From Eledone cirrhosa (taxonomy: Eukaryota), in assembly GCA_964016885.1 (NCBI GenBank), contig CAXHJY010000044.1:2918-66917 (forward strand): a stretch of 64,000 nt of DNA, written 5' to 3'. Shown here piece by piece: positions 26,227 through 39,700 of the stretch. How positions within the stretch are numbered: the first letter of the stretch is position 1; every line of letters begins with the position of its first letter. The translations under genes and the position numbers were made by a program. The notes under the pieces are model-generated. The model did not search any database. It saw only the letters and a list, made by a program, of their open reading frames with translations, and was not told where the DNA came from.

Positions 26227-26830
26227 TGGTGGCTGCCACCTCGTTTTCGAGTACGGCCACTACTTTATATCCATGTAGAAGAACCCCTACCAATGCGCTG
26301 AACGAGTGTGACTTTTTAGTCCAGCCAGCGACTTGAAAACTCTGGTACAAACACTACACTTGTGACAATTATTGACACAGTGCTAGGCCCATGGTACCCT
26401 GTGACGACAAGTGCAGAGAGATCTCCAGATATAAAGCAATGCCTGTGCCGTGAAGCTTTTATAGTGAGCAAAGGCACTGCACAAAGCCAGTCCCACTCTC
26501 TTAACCAAGATGATATTTACCAAAAAGAAGAACAAGTCAACATCATTGGATACCATCAGGGTTGCAGGTGTTATATCAGAGTCTTCCTTCTCCTAGAATT
26601 CTGCCTTGACAAAGACTAAGGGGTCATCTCTCCCGGTGATTTTGGATGGCCATTGACTCTTAAGAGCTCCTTTGCCCTTTGACAGGTTTTGTTTTTAGTC
26701 CTGCAGGATGTCCAACTTCACCCTCCTCACCAAGAAACCTCGGTGGGGTTGCCAGTTTAGTCGCCAACGACCCGACCATGAGTCAGGTTGTACTGGGATA
26801 CATGTTACCAGTAGCACCAACTGGTGACCT
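26227..26830 (-). mobile_element. Bipartite non-autonomous RTE derivative, longest copy
   Basis: RTE 5'UTR homology plus a 3' zinc-finger remnant; flanked by (TA)n. Confidence 0.75.
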
Positions 26831-26849
26831 GATATATATATATATATAC

Positions 26850-26880
<31 letters not shown>

Positions 26881-26898
26881 CATATACATACATATATA

Positions 26899-27275
26899 TG
26901 GTGGCTGCCAACTCGTTTTCGAGTACGGCCACTACTTTATATCCATGTAGGAGAACCCCTACCGATGCGCTGAACGAATGTGACTTTAGTCCAGCCAGCG
27001 ACTTGAAAACTCTGGTACAAAGACTACACTTGTGACCATTATTGACACATAGTGCAGGGCCCATGGTACCATGTGATGACAAGTGCAGAGAGATCTCCAG
27101 ATATAAAGCAATGCCTGTGCTGTGAAGCTTTTATAGTGAGCAAAGGCACTGCACAAAGCCAGTCCCACTCTCTTAACCAAGATGATATTTACCAAAAAGA
27201 AGAACAGGTCAACATCATTGGATACCATCAGGGTTGCAGGTGTTATATCAGAGTTTTCCTTCTCCTAGAATTCTG
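26899..27275 (-). mobile_element. Bipartite non-autonomous RTE derivative, tandem copy
   Basis: Encodes HKCSLCTRVFKSLAGLKSH, matching the RTE C-terminus CRLCARHFRSLAGLKSH at about 49890-49945. Confidence 0.75.
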
Positions 27276-27278
27276 GTA

Positions 27279-27740
27279 TCTCACCCCAGAAAGAATTCTA
27301 TAGACTTCTGACTGAGGAATGCTTTCAGAACTGACCAATGGGAAGTTTGACACTTTTTTTGTTATTTCGTTCCTTTAACACCTTGTCCCTTCTACTATTT
27401 TATCAATTTCTAAGCTAACTCCAACAATAACAACACTTAGAATGAGGAATGTTCTAATAACTGACCAATGAGAGGAGAAGGGGACCTTTGACACTGAAAT
27501 TCGCTTGTTTGAATTCATATGACTCCAGTTCCTCAGTGAATTAACAACCCAACAGGGAACTGGGCATATCAGAGTATTGACAATATTATACACCTAAACA
27601 ACATATGTACTGGTCTATACCATACTAATTCAAACTGCCTGAAGAGGTCACAGCCAAAGATGGCTGTCACTGAAATATATATAGCAGTAATAAACGAAGC
27701 AAAATTTTAATCATTTGACTTTTATTTAACTTTATTTTAT
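27279..27740 (+). mobile_element. PLE pLTR copy (family of 10085-10525)
   Basis: Near-identical repeat ending in (TA)n. Confidence 0.75.
27634..27688 (+). ncRNA. Type-I hammerhead ribozyme (identical to 10421-10475)
   Basis: Same core and stems. Confidence 0.8.
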
Positions 27741-27914
27741 ATATATATATACGTATATATATATATATATATATATACGTATATATATATATATATACGT
27801 ATATATATATATATATACGTATATATATATACGTGTATATATATATATATACGTGTATATATATATATACGTGTATATATATATATATACGTGTATATAT
27901 GTATATATATATAT

Positions 27915-28010
27915 TGATTTTGCAGCAAAATCAATGTTAATGGATGGGTGCAGTGACACCACATCCATGCTGCCTATTGTGCAGTTGGATAGGTTCCTGT
28001 TTTTGTTGCA
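27915..28010 (-). pseudogene. PLE RT motif-A fragment
   Basis: [17 protein letters not shown]. Confidence 0.55.
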
Positions 28011-28059
28011 CTCACTGATTCTGCTAAACAAACAAGCAAATAAATAAATATATAGACAG

Positions 28060-28414
28060 ACTGAATAAAAATGGCGTAGACATACAATACAACAGGAGGA
28101 AACGATAGCACCACTGACGATGTTGCAGATGTGCAACGAAAGATTTATGATAAACTATATATATGTGTTTGTGTCTATATTGTATCTGTATTATGTTTGA
28201 CCGTCGGTCAGTCAATGGCAACATTGAGGACCGAGTAAGTTAGATTACCGATATAAAAGACACAGAAGCGAGAAGCGAAAACCAACCAAACAGTGAGTGT
28301 GTTCTGTTATTAATTCTGGCAATATTACACAAATATGACCCTCCCCAAGTATAACAATATTTGTTCCGACACACGATTTCATATAAAAAACCTCGCAAAA
28401 CTAATTCATCGCCG

Positions 28415-28416
<2 letters not shown>
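28060..28416 (+). mobile_element. pLTR plus tail of a diverged relative of family Y (partial copy at 33823-33908)
   Basis: Shares ATGGCGTAG, ATGACCCTCCCCAAGTATAACAATA and the tail pattern with family Y. Confidence 0.65.
28110..28151 (+). ncRNA. Hammerhead ribozyme (family Y relative)
   Basis: ACCA-CUGACGA-U-GUUGCA GAUG UGCAAC-GAAA GAU UUA-UGAU; stem II covaries with family Y. Confidence 0.65.
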
Positions 28417-28487
<71 letters not shown>

Positions 28488-28657
28488 AAAATAGAACGGG
28501 AACAAAACAGAGAGGCAGTACAAAGGTTTATTAGTTTCACGCTTTTGAGGGTGGGGTTGTGCTGGATATATGTAATATATGATATGAACATAAATAATAT
28601 ATTTCTGCTCTCTTCCCAATTGAGCACTGTTTTCTTCTTTCCTTGTCACATCTATGC

Positions 28658-28791
<134 letters not shown>

Positions 28792-30609
28792 AATATATAT
28801 AGTTATGTGTTTCTATGTCCGAGTTTACATTTGTATTTACTGTTTTGTTATATATCGTAATATTGTGGTCCGACGAGCAGAAATCGATGAAATAAATACT
28901 GGAGTCAATATGATCGATATGTTCCCTTGGCTGATACACAGAATAATAGAATTTATAAAAATAACAGAATAAAAGAAAACCAAAATATATATATTCTTGG
29001 TTTCCAAAATTAATTTGTGTATTTGTAACACAATAATATGTACATATTGAAATATTTAAAGCTATTTATCATTACGGTGAATTCCAACTACTTTTATAGA
29101 AAAATATTGAATATGTTATTTCAAATAACACTATATTTTATTAATGAGAATATGTCATAATTAAAATTTTCCTTAGTTTATTTATTTCATTCCACCAAAG
29201 CCTATTATGTTTGGATATTTATTAAAATTTGCGTATTTTAATTTTTATTTTTCGTTATGTTTTGATACTGTATTGATAACTCGTAACGGAGAAATTGCTG
29301 AGAATAGTCAATAAGAAACAAAACAAACAAAAATTGTTGAAACGTATAAAACAAAAATATACATATGTTATGTCTTGTGTTATTGACCCAATAGTGACAT
29401 GTTGGTTTATAACAAAACGAGAGATATTGCAAAATGTATATCTGTTTAATTTTAGATTGTTTAACTACGTCGAAACTAGAGCTTCTATCATAACATTTCA
29501 AGTTGAAGGCATATCTTTGAATAAGTTAGCAAAACGTCAGCTTAAAGACTTTTCGATTGTCAGTGTCATTGGAACATCAGATTAAACGCCCTAGGAATTT
29601 GATCTAGATGTCTGAACTCCGAGTTCAAATCTTGCCGAGGTTAAATTTCTTTTCACCCTTTCGGGATCAATAAATGAAGTATCACTACAAGGGTGGTGGA
29701 TTGGGGAAATAGTCAGGTGGAACACTTTGCAGCATCTGATCTGGTTCTGTGCATCCTGAGTTCAAATCCCACTCCGTCTGACAGGAATTGCAACCGGCAC
29801 ATTGTATCAGGAAATAGAAAGACTAATAGAAATAGTTTCCTTAGTCCAATCAGACGATCGGCCTCCCTTCAGCTCAATTGATTATTTTTTTACCAATACA
29901 AGCCATTGTCAGTTTCCGTAGATTCCGGAACCTGTGTTTGTAATGGTCTTAAATAGGTAGAGACCAGAAAAAAAGCACAAGAACTAGGAAAAGTTTTTAG
30001 TTCTAGAACCTGCCAGAAGAGCATTCAAGAAGTTCATGGATGTCCATATCAGATGATACATTTTGATGTCGTCTAACTGAAATGGTTTTAATCAGTAGCA
30101 TTACCTTCAAAGAATGATGTCTGCAATTAATAAGAAAAGTATAAATAGGAGAATAACAAAAATAAAATAAAACCACTTGGTATCATTTCATATTAACTCT
30201 GTAACATTCAGAAGTACTGACAAGTCATTTTCTACAGACGGCTGTCTCAATTTATCGGTTCAAACAATTCAATGGTAGTATGGGAAATGTACTTGCAGAC
30301 ATAATTCGGGCAGCATAGTTAGATCAAAGAAATATTCTGTAAGTCGGTAGCAAAATGATATATTCTTTTATCTTTTTATTTGTCATTGGGTTGCTGCCAT
30401 GCTGGAGCAATTCATTGAAGGATTTCAGTCGTTTTGCCTGGTATTTAGAGCTTGGATCTCTTAAGAAGGAATGCCAAACTTGAGCTGGACGAAAAGGGGG
30501 TGAGGTTTGTAATGAGAACGTAAAAGGAAGTAAGCAAATACCGCAAGGTATTTTTGTTCGATACTGCTGATTCAACTATCACTTGTCGATACACAAGTAC
30601 ACTGAGCGA

Positions 30610-30755
30610 ATTTCCTTCTACCCAATGTCACTTCAGACTTTGTTTGGCGCGAGTCAGTAGTAGAAGACAATTGACCAAATGCCGAGCCATGGGATTGAAT
30701 CCCAAACTACGATGTCACAAAGCGAACCTCTTTCCCTTTCTGCCATGCACACGCC
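30610..30755 (-). mobile_element. Decayed tRNA-derived SINE (third family; relatives at about 43140-43300 and 47190-47295)
   Basis: GTAGTAGAAGACAATTGACCAAATGCC...GGGATTGAATCC pattern (B-box on the minus strand). Confidence 0.5.
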
Positions 30756-32110
30756 CATTGTCTCACAAACCCCTACCCAGTAGGTGTCGGTGAAAGTTTG
30801 AGTGACTCTTCCATAGCGAAAGCTACAAATTATTATGGAATGGACATTAAGATTTTGTTGGATTATTCAACAACATAATTTTCCAATCCACAAATTATGT
30901 CGGAGTGGGTTTAAGGACTTGATCTCGGTTGGTTTCTACAATAACGAGATCTTAACACAATTGAAAACAAATAGTTACACTGAAAGCAACAATTTAGACG
31001 AGATGGGAATGAGATTATATGTGAAATTCCTGTTAACCTCATATGCTCTTATTCTAAAGTAGTATGGAAATTAATTAGATTTGCGAAGTATTGGAAATCC
31101 TGAAGCGTTATCCGCACGAAAAACAATATTTATGTTTGTGTTAACATACTTAAGGAAAACAGAATTGTAATACATTTTATAAATTGTTTAATGGCATATT
31201 CAGGGAAGGAAATGCAATGCCCATTATATTTTTCAGGAACACGATTAAGACGAATGGGGAACGACATCTTAACATCGGACCCCTGGCTCGAATATTTGAA
31301 TACTTGCTCGAATATTTTCAAGTATTGCACCAAGAAAACTAAAACGTCGGCGTGAAGAGATTATGAATTTATTTGCTTTGACATATGTTTCTGTATCTAT
31401 TATAAATTTCTACATATGCTGACTACAGTATATATTGTTCAACCATTGGCAATACTTAATTATTTATTACACTTTATCAGAAAGCCTATAGTAGTGGAAT
31501 TCAACTGTTCACTACGAGGTAAAATTCAGTAATGAGATTTTCGTTTAAGAAATATAAATAAGTTAAAAATAGCATGAAATTTAGTCAGTTAGTAGAGAGG
31601 AGAGGGAGTGTGGGTAAAGAGTTTCACACTATCAATCCGTGTGTTGTGATGTGGAACAACTATTCTTTGACCATTGTTATAGGTGAAGGTTTTGATGTTT
31701 TCCATATATGGAGGTAGAGAAGGTATAAGAAGAGGGACAGAGAAAGATAAGGTTGAGATTAAGAGTAGGCTAGATTGGGCAGGGAGGAGAGGAATTAAGA
31801 AAATGGGATTGTTTTGAATACTACTGAATCCAGTGGATGTGAAAAGTTCAAATGCCAGGAAATGTACCAAATAGGATAGAGTAAAACCTAGGTATGAGGG
31901 ATCGAAATATATATATATATAGAATGGAAAACGAAAAATCAGTGATGCCTCGTAACTCATACGTACATATATATGTGTGCATGTATGTATATATATATAC
32001 ATACTATTGTACGTGTGTATATATATATGTATGTACGTATACATACATACTTACATTTAAGTGTCAGCCGTACTAAGAGTGAGAAATGAAATTTCGTTTC
32101 ATTCTTTTCC

Positions 32111-32180
<70 letters not shown>

Positions 32181-32509
32181 AAAAGAATTTGAAAATGATA
32201 ATCATAAGAAGTGTGTGACTGGTAAAGTAAATAAATATTCTTAAAAGACTCCAGTTGCAATTTCAAATTATATTCTTACCTGTGTGGGACATTTATAAAA
32301 GTAACCTTACTTTCTTATATATTAGATAAATACAGTGAACGAAAGAGAATATTGACCAAAGTCTATTAGTTTTTTCATTTCTTTTCGGGAAGGGGAATAC
32401 TTCAGCGAAGCAGTACATGAAAAAGTAGTAATTTGTATGTAACAACATTTATACAGTTTTTGTAATAACTATTGATACGGCTCTGTTTTAGAAATATAAC
32501 AAATTGTTG

Positions 32510-32940
32510 CGAAAATCTTAATACTCATCCCCTCAAGGAAGCCTGTGCAGTGCAATCTGGATGTAAGTGCAGTTCCACTGAAGCAGGTCGAGATGTTCAA
32601 GTATCTCGGGGCTGTATTCATGAGTGACAGAATAAGGCAGGAGGCTGAGAAAATGCAATAATTGCAGGAGCTGGAGCAGTAATGTGCCAGCTTCAGCATT
32701 CGGTCATCAGAAGAAGGGAGGTAGGTGTAAAAGCCAAACACGATTATATTCAATTCCGTATTCGGTCCAACTCATACCTATGGTAATAAATCTTGGGTAA
32801 TGACCGAAACAAAACGATCGCGAATACAAGCAGTCGAAATAAGGTTCCTCGGAAGAGTCGTTGGAGTAATGTTACTCGATAGGGTGCGTAGCTCGAAGAT
32901 CAGTGATTCGTTCCAGGTAGAGCCACTATTAAGAAGAAGA
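32510..32940 (+). mobile_element. Decayed RTE-clade LINE 3' fragment
   Basis: KQVEMFKYLG, PTHTYGNKSWVMTE, RIQAVEIRFLGRVVG; (AAG)n end. Confidence 0.75.
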
Positions 32941-33099
32941 CCACCATAACAAAGATAATAGGTTTAGGAAATACTTAGGTAGGTTGTATATGTAAGTCTT
33001 TTTAATTGTGTGACTATGTATTTATGTATGTATGTTATAGTTTTATACTTTTATAAATTTGTGCCAATAGAGAGACGGGGAGTGAGTGAGAGAGGGAGA

Positions 33100-33147
<48 letters not shown>

Positions 33148-33905
33148 TTCTAACATAGACACAGGTCTCTGTCATTGGAATTTAAACAACATCAACTAGG
33201 TAGATATGTCTGCATGTCTGCATGCATGCGTGTGTGTGTAGTTATGGATGTTATTGTATGTGTGCATGTCTATGTTTTGAGTTATAGGTGTGCATGTGCA
33301 TATCTTACGCCAACAACGTGGTTATTATTGTTAAATCAAACGATGTTATAATATCAGAGAGTCAATGTGTCATTTGAACATCGCCTAGGAAGACAAGCGT
33401 TTCCTTCAGATCAATTTACATTCTTCAGTCATTAACACTATTCAAATATCTCTTTCAACTTTTCTTCGTTTATATTCCTGCGGTGTTAGTTAATGCATCA
33501 GCAAATATATTGGAAACTTGATATTTGAAACCAGGCATACACTACATACATGCTCCTACGATGCTTAACTTCCATATCGATAGCGCCAGCCTCCACATTC
33601 TAATACTTCCAGCAATTTATCTACACCATACACTATCCTCATGAGGAACCATAACGGGTAACTTTCTCCACGATAGTTCAGAATGCCCGTCGTTGCCGGG
33701 TCAGGCCTTTCGCCACTGTAAATAAAGACCCCTTCTCCTCAATATGATCGTATTTAAATAGTCCCAGAAATCTGCTATTTCAGGGGAGAGCAAGATTTAA
33801 ACTATATGTTGAAAGATACATAAGCGAAAACCAACCAAACAGTGAGTGTGTTCTGTTATTATTTCTGGCAATATTATAACAATATGACCCTCCCCAAGTA
33901 TAACA

Positions 33906-33995
<90 letters not shown>

Positions 33996-33997
<2 letters not shown>

Positions 33998-34210
33998 AGG
34001 GAGTGTAACGTGAAGTTACTGTAGGTTCACTCAGGTGAGCACTCGATATATATTCATTCTGTCATTACTACAGCAGAAGGCCGACGAGCTTTTGATTCCA
34101 CAATCGGGCCAGATCGATACAGATCGAACCTTGAGCTGATCAATAACGAAATACGCGTCGCCAATCAATAAACGTAATGAAGGCTTAACATTGTCCTTGT
34201 ATTATTATGT
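33996..34210. mobile_element. pLTR family of 39421-39681: inverted tail plus sense fragment with a degenerate HHR
   Basis: 33996-34046 is the reverse complement of 39631-39681; 34060-34205 matches 39427-39575. Confidence 0.65.
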
Positions 34211-34214
34211 GAAA

Positions 34215-34262
<48 letters not shown>

Positions 34263-34283
34263 AAATAAAGAAATCATTATATG

Positions 34284-34370
<87 letters not shown>

Positions 34371-34703
34371 TTTTCGTTTTTATATATAAAGATAAAGAAT
34401 TACGTTGGTCATAGTGTGGTAAGAAACTCCCCGGAGAGCTAGACAGAAGGTCTTCAGAGAAGAAACCCCCCCGCAAGCGAGTGTTTCGGCTATTAACTCT
34501 TTACACTCTAAGGGGACGACCAGGCCGGATCCTGGTCATGTCACCTGGGTGTCTTTCTGCTACCCGGATATTCCCATTCGGAAATCAGAGACTTGCTGTG
34601 TATTTAAGCCGTATGGAGATTTTGTTGATAGGATCTAGCTGTAACTACATTCCGTTGCCTCTGCTTTCAAACTTACAGCTCACCTTTATTATTTTGGCTA
34701 TAG

Positions 34704-34889
34704 GGCGGTGGATTGGCAGTATCGGTAGAGGGCCAGACACCATGCTTTGACGCATAGAGTTTCGGCCCTTTCCATTCTGAGCTCAAATCCCGCCGAGGTC
34801 AACTTTGCCTTTCATCCTTACGGGGTCGATAAAATAAAGTACCAGTAATGTACTGGGTAATTGCTGGCCTTGTGCCAAAAGTAGAAACA
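34704..34889 (+). mobile_element. tRNA-derived Nin/Deu-like SINE
   Basis: Match to the family at 15919. Confidence 0.85.
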
Positions 34890-35327
34890 CTTGACGTCAA
34901 TTTTCCTTATTCATCCTGTGTTTTGCACCGTATCTAATACGTATTTCATACATACCCTGATTACTGCCACTTTAACAGCATATCACATACTTCATGCTAT
35001 ATCTGTTGACTTTCCTTATAACATAGAAGTACATGTTCATGCACACACGATGCACACTTGTATTTATTCATTTGCTGTGTGTGTGTGTGTGTGTGGTTGT
35101 GTGTGTATGTATGTGTGAGTTTCATGAAATATGTATGCGATCATGTATGTGTATGTGTGTTAGTCTTCCTACATATTTTTACTTATTTAATATGATGGTA
35201 ATTAATATCTCGCAGCGAAGCCTTGACGTCACTATTGAATTATGAAAGACTAAATCTATTTTAGAGATTCTGTTAGAAAATCGTAGCGAAATATAGGTAA
35301 TATACATACATATATACACATATGTTT

Positions 35328-35358
<31 letters not shown>

Positions 35359-35934
35359 CTACACACACACATATATATCTATGTATGTATCGTGTTAATA
35401 TTTATATATGCATAAATATATGTGTGTGTGTATATGTGTGTCTGTATATATATATATAAAGAGAGAGAGAGAGATACATACCACACACACACACACGTAC
35501 ATACACACATACATCTATGTCTATTCTAGATATTCTTGTGTCCATGTCATATAAAAAAAATGACGACTACATTATTAATTACACATAAAGCAAAACGGCC
35601 AGACAAAACCGTTCATAAATTTCTGACCTTCACACTTTTTATTTGATTGTTTGATTGTAAAATATTATCATTTTGTCTTAACTTCCACACAGACATTATA
35701 TACTTCCATGCATACATATAAACATACAGACACACACACACATAGATATATACACACACAGACACACAGACACACACACGCATAGATAGACACACACCAC
35801 ACACAAATACATACATATATACACACACGCATACAGAAAGAGAAGCAATCCGTTAAAATACATTTATAAAAAGCTCTTACACATATTTCACGCAATGGGG
35901 CTCGTCTGAGGCTTTTAATAAAATAAAGAATTTA

Positions 35935-36121
35935 ATAATTGTTTCTACTTTAGACACAAGGCCAGCAATTACCCAGTGCATTACTGGTACTTTATTTTAT
36001 CGACCCGGTAAGGATGAAAGGCAAAGTCAACCTCGGCAGGATTTGAACTCAGATCGTAAAGGGACGTAACTATGCTGGAAAGCATGGCGTCCGACCCTCT
36101 ACCGATACTGCCAATCCACCG
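35935..36121 (-). mobile_element. tRNA-derived Nin/Deu-like SINE
   Basis: Match to the family at 15919. Confidence 0.85.
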
Positions 36122-36820
36122 AGAATTTAATAATGAAGGCTGCACGGGTATGAGTAGTCTATGGCCGCAACTGATGACGGTTTCGGCCCGACTGTTAATG
36201 AGATCTAGGGGTGCTTGCACAATATAGTTCAGTTCCATAAGACAGAGGTTGTAGGGTGTTGCCTGGTTGACAATTTCCCAATAAGTGGAGAAGCTAATGC
36301 TAGAGTCGTTTAATTGGGTGATGTAATTGGCGAGGGACGTAGAGTATCTTAGCTTCCTATTGCTAAATGAATAGTAATAAGAAGCTAAGATACTCTACGT
36401 TGTTCGGGACAGTAAACATAGATTGGCATGTTTATCCCTCCTTTCTGAAACAGTTTCGTCGTATGTTCATCAATTGATGCAGAAGTCCTAATAAAAAGTG
36501 AAGTCGCCTTGGGTGAATAGGCAAATAATTTTGCATTAAGATTTTTCCAAAGCATGTAATTGCGTTCTCTCTCTATTTTGTTGTTGTTTTTCCTGCTGTT
36601 GGTGTGATAGCAGCCGTTGGTCGTACTACTAACACAGTCTCGCCCTTCTTCAGCCAATCGTGTATATCTCCTTCTGCCTCGTCAGCAATGAGAACAATAT
36701 TTACTCTAGGGTTCTTATATATTTGATATATATTTATCCTTATCGAGCCTCGTGAAATAAATACGTTTGTTTATATTTTGTTATTGTGTATGCAAAAATA
36801 TCTGTACACGAATATATAAT

Positions 36821-37366
<546 letters not shown>

Positions 37367-37376
37367 CATATATTCT

Positions 37377-37697
37377 AGGGCGGGTAAAATTCCCGAGATC
37401 CATGGATGAGTTCTCTCCAGCGGTCTCTGTCCTTCATTATCGCTGCCATGTCCTGCGTCTCCAACAGACCAGTGTCCGTCTTTAGGGCATCAGCATACGT
37501 TAACCTTGGTCTTCCTCTTCCAGTGTGTCCATGTAGGGGATCCCACAGGAGCACTGAGTGCAATGTCAACACTGGATGTCGGTGAGCATGTCCAGCTAAC
37601 CTCAGTCTCCTCTGTGTCACTTTTGAGCTGACTTTTGGGAGGCTCCCATACAGCTCTGAGTTTTTCATCCTCAGTGAATACTGATTAATGTTCAGAG

Positions 37698-37700
<3 letters not shown>
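37377..37700 (-). mobile_element. RTE/RTEX LINE 3' fragment
   Basis: RRLRLAGHAHRH...[14 protein letters not shown]...DRDRWR. Confidence 0.85.
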
Positions 37701-37780
<80 letters not shown>

Positions 37781-37793
37781 AATCTAATCATGC

Positions 37794-38117
37794 GATTCGT
37801 TTGCAATTTTGCAAACAAGCCTCAATATTATAGCCATGTCAGGCTTTTGAAAATAGCATATATTTTCACTAGCTCTGACAGTTTGGCAGGTGAACAGTGA
37901 GCTGTACTGATGAAGGGTGATACCCCGAAACATTAGTGTTTGCAGTTCTGTTCGCATGCCAACATAAAAGCAAAAAGGAAGTGTTCATTCTCCTGGCATG
38001 GTTATAAAATTGAAGTTTGTTTGCAAAATTGCAAACGAATCGAATTTTATTATTAACATTCGAAAAACTCAGATTTCATTTATTATATTCAGCCATGTAG
38101 AGCGAAATTTTCTTTTT

Positions 38118-38120
<3 letters not shown>
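37794..38120 (+). mobile_element. Fold-back pLTR (family Z) with HHR
   Basis: Arms 37794-37843/37992-38041; homologous to 42455-42610. Confidence 0.7.
37899..37948 (+). ncRNA. Type-I hammerhead ribozyme
   Basis: GAGCUGUA-CUGAUGA-AGGG UGAUA CCCC-GAAAC AUUAGU GUU-UGCAGUUC; 8-bp stem I. The homologue at about 42459 has GUC. Confidence 0.8.
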
Positions 38121-38188
<68 letters not shown>

Positions 38189-38296
38189 TATACACACACT
38201 ATATATACATATATACACACACGCACAGATAGTGTCATAATGTCGTAATGCAGACAGCCAGACATACAGACAGATATTATAAGGGCGCAACGTTGT

Positions 38297-38503
38297 AGCT
38301 ATGTATCTATCTAAAAAGACAGACTAAGAAAAATAGAGAGATCGCTAACCGGCGCCCAATGCGGTCCCTAGGGCATTGAACATTTGAAATATTTTTTGCT
38401 CAAAATACTCACACGACCATAAGTATCACATGTGTAAAGTTTGAAAAATATCGGTTAGGTGGTTCTCAGACAGACAGACATCCTCTGTTTTAGATACATA
38501 GAT
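38297..38503 (+). mobile_element. Non-autonomous repeat, Helentron/DINE-1-like (copy 2)
   Basis: Matches 23633-23841. Confidence 0.5.
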
Positions 38504-39420
38504 TATATATATAGACACACACACACACATACATAATACATACATACATACATACACACATATATATATATATATACATATTAACTGAACGTTAAGTTCC
38601 ACTTCAGATAGATGTCACACACACACATATACCCCCCCCCCACACACACAGATATATATATACACACACACACCATACACACACACATGTATTATATATT
38701 AAACACAAACACACAAACACAGACACACAAACATTAATATATATCTATATATATCTTTATATAGAAATGACATCTACAGGACTAGAACTATTTCATTCAT
38801 ATGAAGTCATATGAAATTGTTCGGTAACGTTATTTAAAGCTTCTTTGGAATAAATGTTGAGAAGGGTGAGATTTGATATGAGGGGATTGAGGGGAGGAAG
38901 AGGGTAGTGAAGAAGACAATAGAGTGAAATTGAAGTAGATGAGGCAGAAAAAAGGAAGAAGGAGGAGAAGGAGGAGGAGAAAAAATAACGATAATAATGG
39001 AAGAGCTGATCGATAATAGTTCATAATTTCTATATGTGACCCTGAGCCAATACTCTGCGAAACCCGAGTAACATCGATGCACAATAAAATCTAAATACAT
39101 GTTAACAGAACTTCATCGTTTGTATTAATAGCTCTTCCAACGTATCTCCTTTACCATACCCCGGGGAAACGCCTTCTCCACTGTGTCCGCCGGGGCTGAG
39201 GGGAGGTCAGCACGTGGGACCCCATTTGCTCACCATACGGTGAGACGGGGAGGACGAGAGAGATGAAGGCAATGACAGTGGGAGTCCGGCTCTTCCACGT
39301 TCGGACTATATCTTTGTGGTTGTGTACACTCTGCCTGTATATCGAGTGTTTGTTTTGGTACCACCTCCAGTAACTCAGTGAATCACAGTAATTTAGTGAA
39401 TCACGTACACTATATACATA

Positions 39421-39681
39421 TTTTTTTCATTACCATTATAAGGGGTCTGACGAGCCGTGGATTACAGAGTCGGGCTAGATCGATACAGATCGAACCTTGT
39501 GCTGTTCAGTGGCGAAACGCACGTCACCAACCAATAAACGTAATGAAGGAATAACCACTCGTACTTGTTTTATTTTACTATAATACACTCTGTCTAGCTC
39601 TACACCTCGACACAGAAGTGAACCTAAACATCGAGTGCTCACCCCGATGAACCTACAGTAACTCCAAGTTACACTCCCTGG
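39421..39681 (+). mobile_element. PLE pLTR plus tail
   Basis: Contains an HHR and the ATCGAGTGCTC tail motif; ends in (TA)n. Confidence 0.7.
39444..39528 (+). ncRNA. Hammerhead ribozyme with an extended stem II
   Basis: GGU-CUGACGA-GCCG...(about 50 nt)...UGGC-GAAAC GCAC GUC-ACC. Confidence 0.7.
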
Positions 39682-39700
39682 ATATATATATATATATATA

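Noticed and set aside
31090-31340. Possible Polinton or other DNA-transposon protein remnant (FKYSSQGS)
   Set aside because: A single weak motif only.
32357-32410. HHR-like CUGAAGU...GAAA on the minus strand
   Set aside because: Core mismatch and no convincing stems I or III.
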